A stretch of 64,000 nucleotides of DNA from Azolla caroliniana (lineage: Eukaryota; Plantae; Polypodiophyta), in contig JBHGNT010000011.1 in NCBI GenBank assembly GCA_043228905.1, forward strand, positions 10,354,001 through 10,418,000, read 5' to 3'. Position 1 is the first letter of the stretch, and every line of letters begins with the position of its first letter. Both the position numbers and the translations under genes were made by a program. Of this stretch, positions 53,001-64,000 are shown in pieces. The notes beneath the pieces were generated by a model, which was not told where the DNA came from, did no database searches, and saw nothing but the letters and a program-made list of their open reading frames with translations.

Positions 53001-54533
53001 TCACGCCGGCACTGGGGCCGGCCGCCGGAGCCTCTAGGACCGGTGTGGGTAAGGACCCGGCACCGCCGCTCGTTGTGTCCGTAGCCGCCTCCGTTTGGAC
53101 GTTGTTGTCCGCGGCTAACCTGCCTCCGATTATGCAAGCCTCAATTATGCTTGCCGCCTCTTCTTCGTCGTCGTTTCGGCCACCCGCCTTCCCGCTTGAT
53201 GTTTTGGGCCACCGTGCCCCGAATCCTCCGCCCACTCTCGAAGTGGTGCTTCCCACTCCGTAGTCATTGGCCTCATCCATGGTTGTCCATTCGCCACAAG
53301 ACGAGAGGGTCGCTCGCTCCACACCCTCTCCCATGTCGCCGTTGCATGCTCTTTCGGCCTCCGCATAGGCCCCGTCCTCCACGCGTAGGGAGGCTTCTTC
53401 CTCCGCATCCTTCGATCCTCTTGGGCCCAACTCCATAATAAGACCTTCCTCGGTTTCGAACTCCACCTTCACGCTCTCGCACGCCTCCCATACCAACGCC
53501 TCGAAGTCGTACTCCTCCGGTTGATTGCGCGTCAAGCTCTTTTCCGGCGGTGGTGTGTAGCCGCCCACCGCCCTCTCTTTTCCGTCGCTCGCGGGCCAAG
53601 TCGTTGCCGACCGCTCCCCATCATATTTCCGGCATACCCACTTTGGTTTCGCATATCCGTATGCCTCATTAGAGCTCCCTCGAAGGACTCCCACGACTCG
53701 TGAGCTTCTTGAAGCTCCTTGACCTCTTTATGCACTGATACGGCCGCCACTCGACGAAAATACTCTAGCCGCATCGCTTCGTCCACGCCCCACTCCGTCA
53801 TCTCGGCATTGTACACTTCCAAGAACCTCGGGACATCGTCCCCGTTGAATCGGCCGACTCGATCGACCACCCTCTCAAAGGCTTGTTGAGCCGCATCTCG
53901 CCTCGCCTTTTTCCATCGTGCATCCATTACGATCTTTGCCATCATCTCCTCGAAGTCAAAGTCTTCTTCCATCTCCATGCTCCCTTGCCGCCCTTTATGT
54001 CGGGTTCACCAAAGATGTCGCGTTGTTACGCGCGTGCGTGTAGAAGGGGCGTGACCACCGGGGTCTCGGACTAGGGAGTAGAGGAGAAAGAATAAGACAC
54101 AAAATGGAAGCTTAGCTCAAGAGGAGGTGAGAAAGAATAAGACAATAATGTAGAATAGACGGGCAAGATGTTGAACAAGTTAGCTTAAGGAAACACAAAC
54201 GCTTTACAATGGTGGCCGCCATGGCCGCACTAAACGACTATATGAAAAACCCTAAAGGAAAACCCAAGAAGAAAACCCTAACCGAAACCCTAAAACCGAA
54301 TAGGAAACCCTCGACCTAAGTGGTATGCCTCTCTCCCTCAAAATAGGCAACCCCTCATAAGTGACCCCTCCCTTCCTTTTATAGCCCAAGGAGGGAGGGA
54401 CCTTACAATGTGGGATAGAATTTCCCCTCTTATTTCTATACACCATTTCCTAGTATACATGTGCACATGGTGCACACCATCGATTTGCCTATTCCACCCC
54501 GGTTTCCGCCTCTGGACGAAAATCTTCACGACA
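50092..54533 (-). mobile_element. Non-autonomous Trp-primed LTR element E (gag N-terminus only)
   Basis: LTRs 50092-50463 and 54016-54533; perfect 4-bp TSD ACGT; PBS 53994-54011 TTTATGTCGGGTTCACCA; PPT-like TCCGCCCCCACC; no pol motifs seen. Confidence 0.92.
53532..53978 (-). pseudogene. gag: Gag N-terminal fragment of E, homologous to B gag
   Basis: VGRFNGDDVPRFLEVYNAEM...SWESFE versus B IGRFCGKNPTSYLEAYRAEM...TWEEFE. Confidence 0.75.
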
Positions 54534-54760
54534 ACGTGCCCCCATCGGTAAAATAATGACCTACCCACCAAAATTATATATTAGGAATAGTTATAACATT
54601 TAAATTAGCGTTGTCTAAACTACCTAACAAATCACCCCAAATCATGACATTTTCTTAGGAGCACAAAGTAGTCACCTTCACATTAAAGTAGAGTATTTAA
54701 GGAACATGCACACCTCACAAGGCAAAGCACTCCTATGACACGTGGGCATAATATCTTATT

Positions 54761-57509
54761 ATGGCAGCCACAACCAAGAATCTAAAGGATCTTCTCCCTA
54801 CACAAAATCCTAGGCGGTCACATAAAAGACGCTACCCCACACACAACGCGCCCATTCACACAGAAGCTTTCTTGCCTTCACAGCCTTCAAGCTCCCAAGC
54901 TCTCTCTCGTTCTCATCACTCCCACAAAGAAGCCTTCTCTCGCCCTCGTAGCCCCTTCATAAAACAACGATTGCCTCCCCAACAATCTTCTTCCATCTCT
55001 TTGTCTTGCCCTTGTCTCATCGCTCCCCCCTACTCTTTTGGGGAGATCGCTTGAATTTTGATGGAATATGCCTTTGTGCATACAAATCCCACGAGTATGC
55101 CACAAAATAAGGCTGCCATCATCATCAGAGAGTACGAAGGCGACAAAGTCAATTGGGGAATCATCACCAGCGAAGGAGTCCGTGCATCACTGGAGTCTTT
55201 TCAATCCAGTAAGAGATTGCTACCTGTGATGAATCATTACCTCGCAGTCCTCTACCAACCTCCTTCGTTTTCCTCTCGTCACATCCTCACCTCTCCACCA
55301 CCACCACGGAAACAACGGGAGAAGATTTTGGCGTTAACCCAGGAAGAATGGGAAGACCCCTCACCCTCTCCACCTCCCTCGGTTGCTCAAAATCCTACTC
55401 CTACCTCGGCACCAACCCCATAAAAAACACAGAAGCAACGGGTGTTACCAGTGACCCGTGTTGAATGGGACGAGGCCGAGGAGCCCATCACTGAGGATGT
55501 CACCATACGATAGAAAACACCAAGGACATCCATGCCCTCTCCACAACCGAGCCCATGCCAGACTAGCAGCCCTCGGGCATAAGGCAACAAAAGAGGATGC
55601 AAGCCGAGGAGCACGCGGAAACAAAGATGATCCAAGGCACACTAATGGGAGAACTCGAACCTCAAGAGGATCGAGCCTTACAGAAGATAGGTCAGAAGAA
55701 GCAAGCACAGAATGCTTCCCTCCTCATGGAGTTACCAGATCTGAACACGGCCTTAGTCAAGGCATATCGAAATCTGCACCACACAACTCGGGCAACCAAG
55801 GACATGGCCCGACGTATCAAAATGACACAACAGCAAGCCAAACGGGTCACCGAGCTATGGCAAGCTGCTAAGTAGAAACTGGTGTCATTGGACTAGCAAC
55901 ATTGAGAACAACCGCCCTTAAGCCTCCATTCCCCGAGTAATGATGTCTCACCAGCCCCTCTTCTGAACCCGAGCTTGAGTGCTACTGTTACCGAAGCACA
56001 CAACGACGACACAACTCACCCTAGGGTAGCCATGATCGATGCAAGCACAATGACAGATTCGGTATAGACGAGCGAGACATTGTCACTGGTAGATAAAAGC
56101 CTGCACCCCCAAACCAACCACGCCTCCATGCAAACGGTGCCGCCAACTGTCATCACCACTAACGAAACATGTCTCATGGTAGACAGGACACTATGCCTCC
56201 AGACCAGGCACACTTCCACGCAAACGCCACGACTGCCTGTCGTCATGGAGAGATCTACACAGAAGGACAGGGAACCCAATCCTTGGAACCAGCAAACTGC
56301 AACCCAGACATGGCCTCCCCTCCATGACTACCAAGACGAGCTCAAGGCCCAGATCACTCGGGATGAGCTAGCAGAACAAAACCACAACAACACTATTGGC
56401 CAACTACGGGAACAAGCCGTGGGCCACGAAGCTAACCTCCAACGATGGCTTGCCGAAAGCTGGGCTGCACTCAAAGCACAAGAAAGAGAGGTGATGAACC
56501 TTCAGGTCGCTATCACCGTGGCCAAATAACGATTCATCAAGGAAGAAGAGAGGAATAGCCAACGGGAACGCGAGCTATTCGCAGACAACCAGGAATTACG
56601 GCGTCAACAAAAGGAATTACAAGAACTAGCAAACGAACACATGCAAAAGTGGAGGATCTTTGAAGACCAAAGGGCGCAAATTTCCGATGTTTATCACTAG
56701 TTGCAAACAGAGGACATCACTGGCAAGGAACGACAACGGGACGCTTGGAGACAGGAAATGGACGAAACTATAGCACAGCTCACCAAACATTACGAGCAGA
56801 CAATTGCGCTCGTAACCACAAAAGCAAAGGATAACCAAGCTACTTTGGAGCTCCTCGTCCGCAAATGCCAAGAAGACGCCAAGGCCGCAAGGGAGGAAGT
56901 GGAGGCTCACCGAGCTCACATCAGCATGGACGATACTAGAATAAAGATCCTGATCAACAAATATCGCCAGCAACTCACCAAGAAGATTGAGGAAACACTC
57001 GACCGCGTATGGCAGGAATGAACAACCCAAGCTGCTGAACTACACATATTATGCGCGGATGCCGAGAACCGTAGGAAGGAGGGCCGAGGGTTCTACAAGA
57101 TGGATGACACCAACATCCAGACCCTCCGTGAAGACTTGACCGAGGAATATCATACCTGAACAACGATCAAATGATGTTCCGTTTAGAAGCCGAAGCTTAC
57201 GAGGAGGAACGCCTCGCTACCAGTACTAACAGAGCTCCCACGACCAATGACCACGAACTAGAGACAACAACAACAACCACCACGAAAGCCAAATAGGAGG
57301 GACCCGACCCTACAGACACCCACATTGCAACCGAGCAACAAACTATGACCACAACCCTCCCTGAATCGGAACCAACAGAGGGAGGCCCACGCGAAGACAC
57401 AACCATCCCAAACTCGGCAGCAAAACCCCCATCACCAACCCCACATTCTGAACAACTTGACCAACCCCACGCCACCGAGGATATCCTCGGCATATTAGAA
57501 GAGGATTAA
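54761..57509 (+). pseudogene. Extra 3' ORF of element C (coiled-coil protein), decayed
   Basis: Pieces share MEYAFVHxNPTSMPQNKAAIII, AEEHAETKMIQ and MDxTRIxIL with the element D ORF. Confidence 0.85.
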
Positions 57510-57592
57510 AATGAACCCTTAAACCCCTTGTATAAAGGGAAATTTTGTAATAATTTTTGGCAAAATCTGTTGTTATCCCTCCACTTTGTGAA

Positions 57593-57636
57593 TCGTGGGT
57601 CCGACGGACAAAGTCCTATCCCACGGGCGTGCCAGG
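57593..57636 (+). promoter_or_regulatory. Conserved 44-nt element in the PPT position, ending in an inverted Arg-PBS (element C)
   Basis: TCGTGGGTCCGACGGACAAAGTCCTATCCCACGGGCGTGCCAGG directly before the 3' LTR; 42/44 identical to the reverse complement of 59057-59100. Confidence 0.85.
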
Positions 57637-59056
57637 TGTTGTCCATAAGCCAGAAATATAAATACAAAATATGTAAACTCGCTGGTAGGTAGAGAAGTAG
57701 GTGAGGAAATAGGTAGAACTACAATAGTCGAGTTTTGAGCCCTCACAATCAGCCGATGGCTCGGCTCTTTGTAAAAAGAAGAAAACTATATAAGCCGAGA
57801 CCTGCATACCTAGAGAGGGAGAGATACCTAGATTATTTAGCAGGATTAATATCGTAGCACTAAGCTCTGCACAAAACTATACTGTAATCACTGTGAGCTT
57901 TCTCATTTAATATAAATCTCGCTCTTACTGTTCCTTCATTTGTGTATTCTCCCCGTACTCGTAAACCGAGCTACGTCTACGTCTACCGGGTTGTAGCCAG
58001 TGTACGCTCCCTGTTCCCCTAACGTCTTCTCGGTGTAGAAGAAGCCTCCACGTAACATGACCCCTTGAAGGTGTTTCCTCCAGAAACGGTTAACATTGAT
58101 CAAATTGTTGTTGAAGAGTTGATGCCCACATAACTTTGTTGCTACTCAATGCAAATCCAAAACACAAATCTTGCACGAACACCTTCATATACTACAACTT
58201 GGCACTTATCAATGCTTCCTTACAAACATTGATCTCCAAAAGCCAATCTCCAGCTATCACTTCCAGGTTACCTTCCTCATCTTGCAACTCCCTTGTGGGT
58301 ACTTCACCATCAACAACTTTCTCTGTCATATCTTCCATTTCATCTTGCACATATTCATCATTAACCACCATATCTCTTGTTGTATCAATAATGTCCTCAA
58401 CATGATGTACATTGGCATCACCATCCATAGCATCGCTTCTCATAACAATCTCCTTGGATTCGTCTTTTGTTGAGAATTAAGCTCAACTTGGTCTAGTGTG
58501 TGAACTCACCTTGAGAGTGAATAGACACTCCAATGGTCAAGAGTCACCATTATGTCACCTCTTTGTATTCTAGCATTTCGTACGAGTCATAGAATTGTTA
58601 CCCGTTCCTTTGGGTGAACACCTTAGATAGATCTGCGTCTATCGGTCTTCAAGGGCGTAGTACGTGAAGGCTCGTACAGAGGCGTCGAGAGAGATACAGG
58701 GCTCAGGGAGAAAAAGAAAAACACTAGCGAGGTTTTGATAGACGTGGCGGCGTGAAACTCATAGGTATAGATCGAAACACAGTCTCATGCAGCAAAATAG
58801 GCACAATTAAGATATATTACTATGGCAGAAAAGGATTATAGAACACGGCCTATGGCCGGTGACCTTACAAGTTTATCTAATTCGATTGACTAAGCTAGTG
58901 CTTCCGCCTATAATTTTCTTCTCTCCCTTTCTGAGGTACCGCTCCCCATTTTAATAACTTTTCCCCTAACACACAGCCGAGCCATCGGGGGCCCGTGATA
59001 CCCGGACTTAGCGTTTGCTAATTTCCTAATTTTACATTTCTGTCCTCTGGACAACA

Positions 59057-59100
59057 CCTGGCACGCCCGTGGGACAGGACCTTGTCCGTCGGACCCACGA
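59057..59100 (-). promoter_or_regulatory. Conserved 44-nt element with inverted Arg-PBS (element D)
   Basis: Plus strand CC TGGCACGCCCGTGGGAC AGGACCTTGTCCGTCGGACCCACGA abuts the LTR. Confidence 0.85.
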
Positions 59101-59153
59101 CTTACAAAATACTACAATATTACAAAAATTGCCTTTTAGGCGTGATCCTCATT

Positions 59154-62100
59154 TCATTCCTCCTTTAAGATGTCGAGGATGCTTTCGGGGTCCGGGGTGG
59201 TGGCAAGGTGGTCTGGTTGGACTGTCGGTGCGGGGGGTTCAGTTTGGTCCGGTGGTGGCATATCTTCCCGGGCATCCGCCTCGGGTGGGACAGATTCTTC
59301 TGGTGGGGGTGTGGGTTCGTGGGCGCTGACCTCTCCCTCGACAGGCTTTGGTACCGTGTGGGCGTCCAAGGGATGTCTGTTGGCCAGGGCAAGTTCCTCC
59401 TGTGCCATGTCCGTGATCTCCTCGCTGGGAGGTTCTTCTTTCTGCTCTGTGGCCGTTGGAGGGCTGGTGGGGATGGCTGCGAGTTGTTCTCGTTCGAAGG
59501 CTTCTACTTCCAGGCGAAACAACATCTGACCGTCATTGAAGTCCTCCATTATTTGCTCGATTGCCGCGGTGTGAGATTTTGCCAAGGACTGGTAATCCTC
59601 GGTTAAATCTGCATGCAGGTTTTGAATGCTGGCTTCGTCTATTTTGTAGAAGCCGCGGCCCTCCTTCCGTCGGTTCTCGGCATCGACGCGTAAAATATGC
59701 AATTCGGCAGCTTGGGCTGCCCATTCGTCTCCTGCGCGAGTTAATGTTTCCTCGACCTTTTTGGTAAGGTGCTGGCGCTGTTTCTTGAGCAGTATGCGGA
59801 TGCGTGTCTCATCCATGCCGGGCTGTGCTTGGATGGCTGTTAATTCCTGTTTTAAGCCTTCGACCTCGGCCTGAATCTTCTGTGTCCTTAGCTCATAGAT
59901 GGTCTGACTGTTCTTTGCATCCGCGGTTACGAGCTGGAGAGCCTGCTCGTAACGCTTGGTGAGTTCTTCGGTGGCCTGCTCCCATTCTTTCTGACACGTG
60001 GCCCGGATTTGTTCCCGTTCGACGATTCTCTCTTCTTGTAGGGAGAAGTAGGAATCCGATAAGGTGTCTTTTGCTCCGAAAGTAGCTTGCATTTGATGAA
60101 AAACTCGTCAGCCATCTCTTTAGGGGTCGTACTCTGACTCTGCAGCTCGGCATTCTCCGCGTTCATCCTCTCTTCCCGTTCGCGATTTCTTTCCTCCTGC
60201 CGCTGGTTCCAGTCGTGTGCATTGTCGAGCGCGGCGTGTAGGTCTAGAACCTCTTTCTCTTTCTTCACCACTGTGGCTGCGTATTCCTCCAGCTTGCTTT
60301 TGAGTTTGGCTTCCTTGGCCGCGGCTTGCGCTTGTACCCGGCCCAGTGCTTCGTTCTGCTCGTGTATCCTTTGGTCGGCTTGGGCTCTTATCTCGGCCAT
60401 CTGCTTGGAAGCTTCTTCTTTTAGGCGAGCCATCGCCTCTTGATGCCGTTGCTCGTGTCTCTCGGTTCGCCGTTGTTCTTCTTTAAGCTCTGCACGGTAA
60501 TCCCGGAGCGGGGGTTCTGTCTGGGTTGCCACCTCCTTGGTTGCACGAGGTGCGGGTAGTTCGGTTTGCTCCACGGCCGTGGCCGCCTCGGTTGTTGTGC
60601 AGGCATCGGCCATTTGTAACGAGTCTGTTTGTGTACTGGCCTGCACCTTCAGGATGGAGTTGGTGATGGTGCTTTCATCCATCATCGTTATGCGTGGACG
60701 CGCTGGGAGGGCCTCGGTGATCATTACTGGAAGGCTCGGGACTTGTTGTTCCAGCCGGTTTTGCTCCAAGGTTGCCAACTTCTGGTTCGCAGCGTGCCAT
60801 AGTTCTGTAGCCATCTTAGCCTGTTTTTGGGCTACTTTTATCTTTCGAGCCCTGTCTTTGGCTGTCCGCATCGTGCGATCCAGGTCCCGATATGCCTCGA
60901 TAAGGGCCGTGTTCAACTCGGGGACCTCCATGAGGAGAGCGGCCTGTTCAACTCGGGGACCTCCATGCTTCTTCCTCCCGATTTTTTGTAAAGCCTTGTC
61001 CTCCTGGGGCTCAATTTCACCTATTAGCACGCGTTGAATCATTTTTGTTTCTGCATGCTCTTCCGCCATCCGAGCGGCTTCCGCGACTTGGGCTCTAGCG
61101 AGGAAGTCGATCAGCTCGAATGACGTACTGAGGCGGAGGAGCACACTAAATTCGTAAGCCTCCGCGGGGAGGTCCTTATACCCGAGGACTTCATCCTCCG
61201 AGATCTGTGTTGTTTGCCCATGCTCGATTGTTCCCTGGTTCAGCGATGCCTCCGCAGGGGTTATGGCCAGGTTGCTCTGTCTGACCACTAAGGCTTGCTC
61301 CTGATGTGGCTCCTTCTGTTCTTCCGAGGACTCGCGGTTGAGTCGTCTTCTTTTGCTTGGTTGTGTTTGGGGTTCCGGGGCTGGTAGTGTCGTTTCCTCC
61401 ACCTGCTTCCTTTTCTGGGGTCTTGGTGGTGCAGCCTGCTGTGTGTTGGAGCGTGGGCTAGGTCCTGGGGATGTTACCGAGGGGCGCACCGTTGGCTGTC
61501 GAATGGTGACGTCATCGGCCGTGTTGTCTGCCGCGGCTACCTCCCCCTCCCATTCTTGGCAGGTCTCGGAAACTACCCTTTTTTGTTGGGGTTGGGCAGG
61601 TGGTGGAGCAGATGCGGTTTTCTGGTCGGCGGCAGGGGGTGAAGGCGATGTGGGCTCCTCCCATGCTTCGTGGCTGATGGCCACGAATTTCTCTCTCTGC
61701 CTCCGTGGTGGTGGTGGGGACGTGAGTGCGCGAGGGGAAGGAAGCGAAGAGGGTGGGTATAGCACCATCAAAAAGTGGGTAAGAACAGACAACGTCTTCT
61801 TACCGGACTGAAATGAAGCTAAGGCGGCGCAGAGTCCTTCGCCTGTGATGATTCCCCAATCGATTCTGTTTCCTTCATAAGCGCTGATGATGATGGCTGC
61901 CTTGTTCTGCGGCATGCTCGTTGGGTTCATATGCACGAACGCATACTCCATCAAGGTACAAGCAATCTCCCCGAAAGCTTTGTTGGGCCCGCCATACGTG
62001 CGATATGCCTTCTTGTGGCTGAGTACTCACCGAAGTACGCCTTCATCTTTGATGCCGGGGGTATGTCGACCTCATGGTCCCCTCCCCGTTGCAGGTCCAA

Positions 62101-62559
62101 AACAGCCTAAAGCACGTTGTTGGTGATGGCTTCGGGACTTATACATTTCACCACAGTTTGGGCATCTAGGTGCGCGGGGGCATCGATGATCCTCAGGTAA
62201 CCGCCCATTCCTCGTTCCTGGAGCCAGGCGCGAGTTTCTGTTGAGCCGGTAAGAGGCATGGTGGAGATGGAGGCTGGGTTCGATTGTGTGGAAGCGTGAA
62301 GCAAAGTGATGAGGCAAGGGCGAGCCACAGGAGGGACAACAGGAAGGGGAAGTCCAGCAGAGAGGTTATGAGAGCGGAAGAGGGCTTGAGAGCAAGAGCG
62401 CTTCGCGTGTTGAGAGCGAGATGGGGTTTCTGATCTTGAGAGCAATGGAGATGGAGAGCGATAATGGTCTGTGCTGCGTTTTGGAAATGGTTTTGGTAAC
62501 TTATTCCTAGGGTTTTGTGCCTGCAGCGAATCCTGAAGATTCTGAGTCGTGGGTGCCAT
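59154..62559 (-). pseudogene. Extra ORF of element D, about 1130 codons when joined (1 stop, 2 frameshifts)
   Basis: ORFs 62559-62107, 61954-59927 and 60092-59154; N-terminal globular block, P/S/T-rich linker, long E/Q/K/R/A coiled coil, acidic P-rich tail. Confidence 0.85.
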
Positions 62560-62791
62560 AATAAGTGACTAGCACCATGTGTCCTGAAGGTGAGTGGGGT
62601 GCTTCTAGTGTGCTTGGCATGTGGTTTGCATGTGTGAACAGCTTAAATAGGTACTAACTGAGTGGTGGCGAGGGGTGCTCCTAAAATTGGGGTGCCTAGG
62701 TGGGTGGTGTAGGTGTAGCTAAACAGTGGCTAAACTATGGTTAATCCTACCTACTACTACTTTTATTAATTTCAAGAAGGTGGGTGAGTCC

Positions 62792-64000
62792 TTATTCAGG
62801 GGGACACGTGGCATCCTCCGTGGTGATCTCCCGAGTCTCGTTGGTGTCGTGTGGCTTGGTAAACGGGTTGGGTGGTGTAGTCCCTCGATATGGTCTAAGC
62901 CGAAACCCATTGGCCCAGCTTTTGACCGTAACGCCGGCAAGTGTGCCGAGCTGGAATGTCCCGTTGAACTCGTCGATAATCCAGAATGGACCGGTCCACC
63001 GAAATCTTAATTTTCCCGGCATTGACCCGAGTCGTGTTTGAAAAAGAAGAACTGGTTTGCCGATGGTGAGCTCCTTCTCCAGCCCATGTCGATGTCGATC
63101 CACGAAAGCCTTGCGTTTCCGTTGGCGTTGTTCGAGCTGGGCCATACTCTCTATCCTTTCTTCCCCGAGTTCGAGGAGTTGTTCCAGCCGGTATTGCTCG
63201 GATTCGGCCTCAAGGAGCCGTGCTTTGACTTGAACTCGGAGGCTCGGAACTTGGAACTTGACGGGCATTACGGCTTCTAACCCGAACGCCATTCGAAAGG
63301 GGGTTGATTGGATGCTTGTTTTGAAAGTCGTACGATACGCCCACAGCGCGCTCTGGAGTTTGTCATCCCAATCGGTCCTGTTTTCATTGACGATCTTCTT
63401 CAGTATGGTTTGGAGGATTTTATTTGTTGATTCTGCCAAGCCGTTCGCCTGCGGGTAGTATGGTGTGCTTTTCTTGTGCACCACCGCGTAGTGGTGTGTA
63501 AGCTCACGTATTATATGATTGATGAAGTGCCCACCTTGGTCACTAACGAGCTCGATTGGACATCCGTAACGGCACCAGCGGTGCTCGTACACAAATTTAG
63601 CCGTGGATGCCGCCGTGTTATCTCGGACTGCCTTAGCCTCGACCCATTTGGTGCAGTAATCTGTGGCAACGATAATATATCTATTCCCTGTTCGGGCCGC
63701 GGGTGGTTTGAAAGGGCCTACAAAATCCAAACCCCATTTTTGAAATGGGTCCAACGGAAGAATTGGCTGGTGTGGCATTCGTGACTGATCCATTGGTTGC
63801 CCCAGTCATTGGCACAAATCGCACTGCCTGCAAAATTCGTGAGCGTCTTTCTTCGTTGTTGGCCACCATAATCCACTTTGCCAAACTTTCATTGCCGTTG
63901 AATCCCCGGCGTAGTGTCCCCCAGCTACTCCCTGGTGGGCTTCCTGAAGAACGGCGTTCTTCTCGAACTGCCGAATCGCTCGGCGCCATATGCCGTCCGA
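62792..64000 (-). CDS. pol: Element D integrase (pol C-terminus); a stop near 63805 separates the upstream part
   Basis: PFQKWGLDFVGPF, TDYCTKWVEAK, SDQG, YYPQANGLAES, RWTGPF. Confidence 0.9.

Larger units (their letters stand above)
44846..54551 (+). pseudogene. gag-pol: Element C gag-pol with many stops, interrupted near its C-terminus by element E
   Basis: R/D-rich gag, CFKCNQPGHYATQC, IIDGGSGVNVI, RT SPIVVVPKKNG/LDGFSGYNQ/FLDDF, RH NYSTTERE, IN GLDFVEPF/TKWVEAK; resumes after E as EATCPHR* (element D has DATCPPE*). Confidence 0.9.
44118..58095 (+). mobile_element. Non-chromoviral (Athila/Tat-like) Ty3/gypsy element C with extra 3' ORF and no PPT
   Basis: LTRs 44118-44620 and 57637-58095 (TGTTG...TAACA); perfect TSD TTGAT; PBS TGGCATGCCCAGT at 44626; TATA CTATATAAG near 44267. 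Confidence 0.95.
42545..58595 (-). mobile_element. Degenerate gypsy element F (3' LTR 42545-43105; internal parts 43106-44117 and 58096-58595), host of C and probably D
   Basis: PPT AGGGGGAGGGTTAGA on the minus strand before the LTR; minus-strand TATA near 42745; scrambled RT remnants (SLIVVVPK, LQPLNDSTKRDLFLLPF); flanks rejoin across TSD TTGAT. Confidence 0.65.
58596..64000 (-). mobile_element. Element D, a relative of C (3' part: integrase, extra ORF, 3' LTR 58596-59056)
   Basis: On the minus strand the LTR reads TGTTGTCCA...GGTAACA like C; integrase closely similar to C; runs past the window end. Confidence 0.93.

Noticed and set aside
50440-53700. Many long overlapping ORFs on both strands
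   Set aside because: Expected in GC-rich repetitive sequence; no recognisable domain apart from the gag N-terminus.
57593-57636. tRNA-Arg gene or hammerhead ribozyme
   Set aside because: Only about 16 nt resemble a tRNA 3' end, with no D or T arms; the hammerhead core motifs CUGANGA and GAAA are absent.

Overview
Transposon-saturated eukaryotic DNA with no recognisable host gene. Plant-type tRNA primer sites, TTTAGGG repeats and the element families point to a land plant, probably non-seed such as a moss or fern (inference). From left to right: a Ty1/copia element inserted into an older copia, which sits on a decayed LINE; further copia, RTE-like and LINE fragments; a hAT-type MITE; a ZNF862-like hAT transposon inserted inside the transposase gene of another; then a stack of nested Ty3/gypsy elements. 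The stack holds a tRNA-Trp-primed element B (28184-42182) containing a young chromovirus (30001-37049), an Athila/Tat-like element C (44118-58095) containing a non-autonomous Trp-primed element E (50092-54533), and a relative of C, element D (58596 to window end). The most unusual signal: C and D lack a polypurine tract. In its place both carry a conserved, structured 44-nt element ending in a tRNA-Arg-like 3' end (an inverted primer-binding site), which suggests non-canonical plus-strand priming or self-priming. Both also carry a large extra coiled-coil ORF (about 1100 aa in D) with an apparent internal TATA box. All coordinates and identities were read by eye; no database searches were run.
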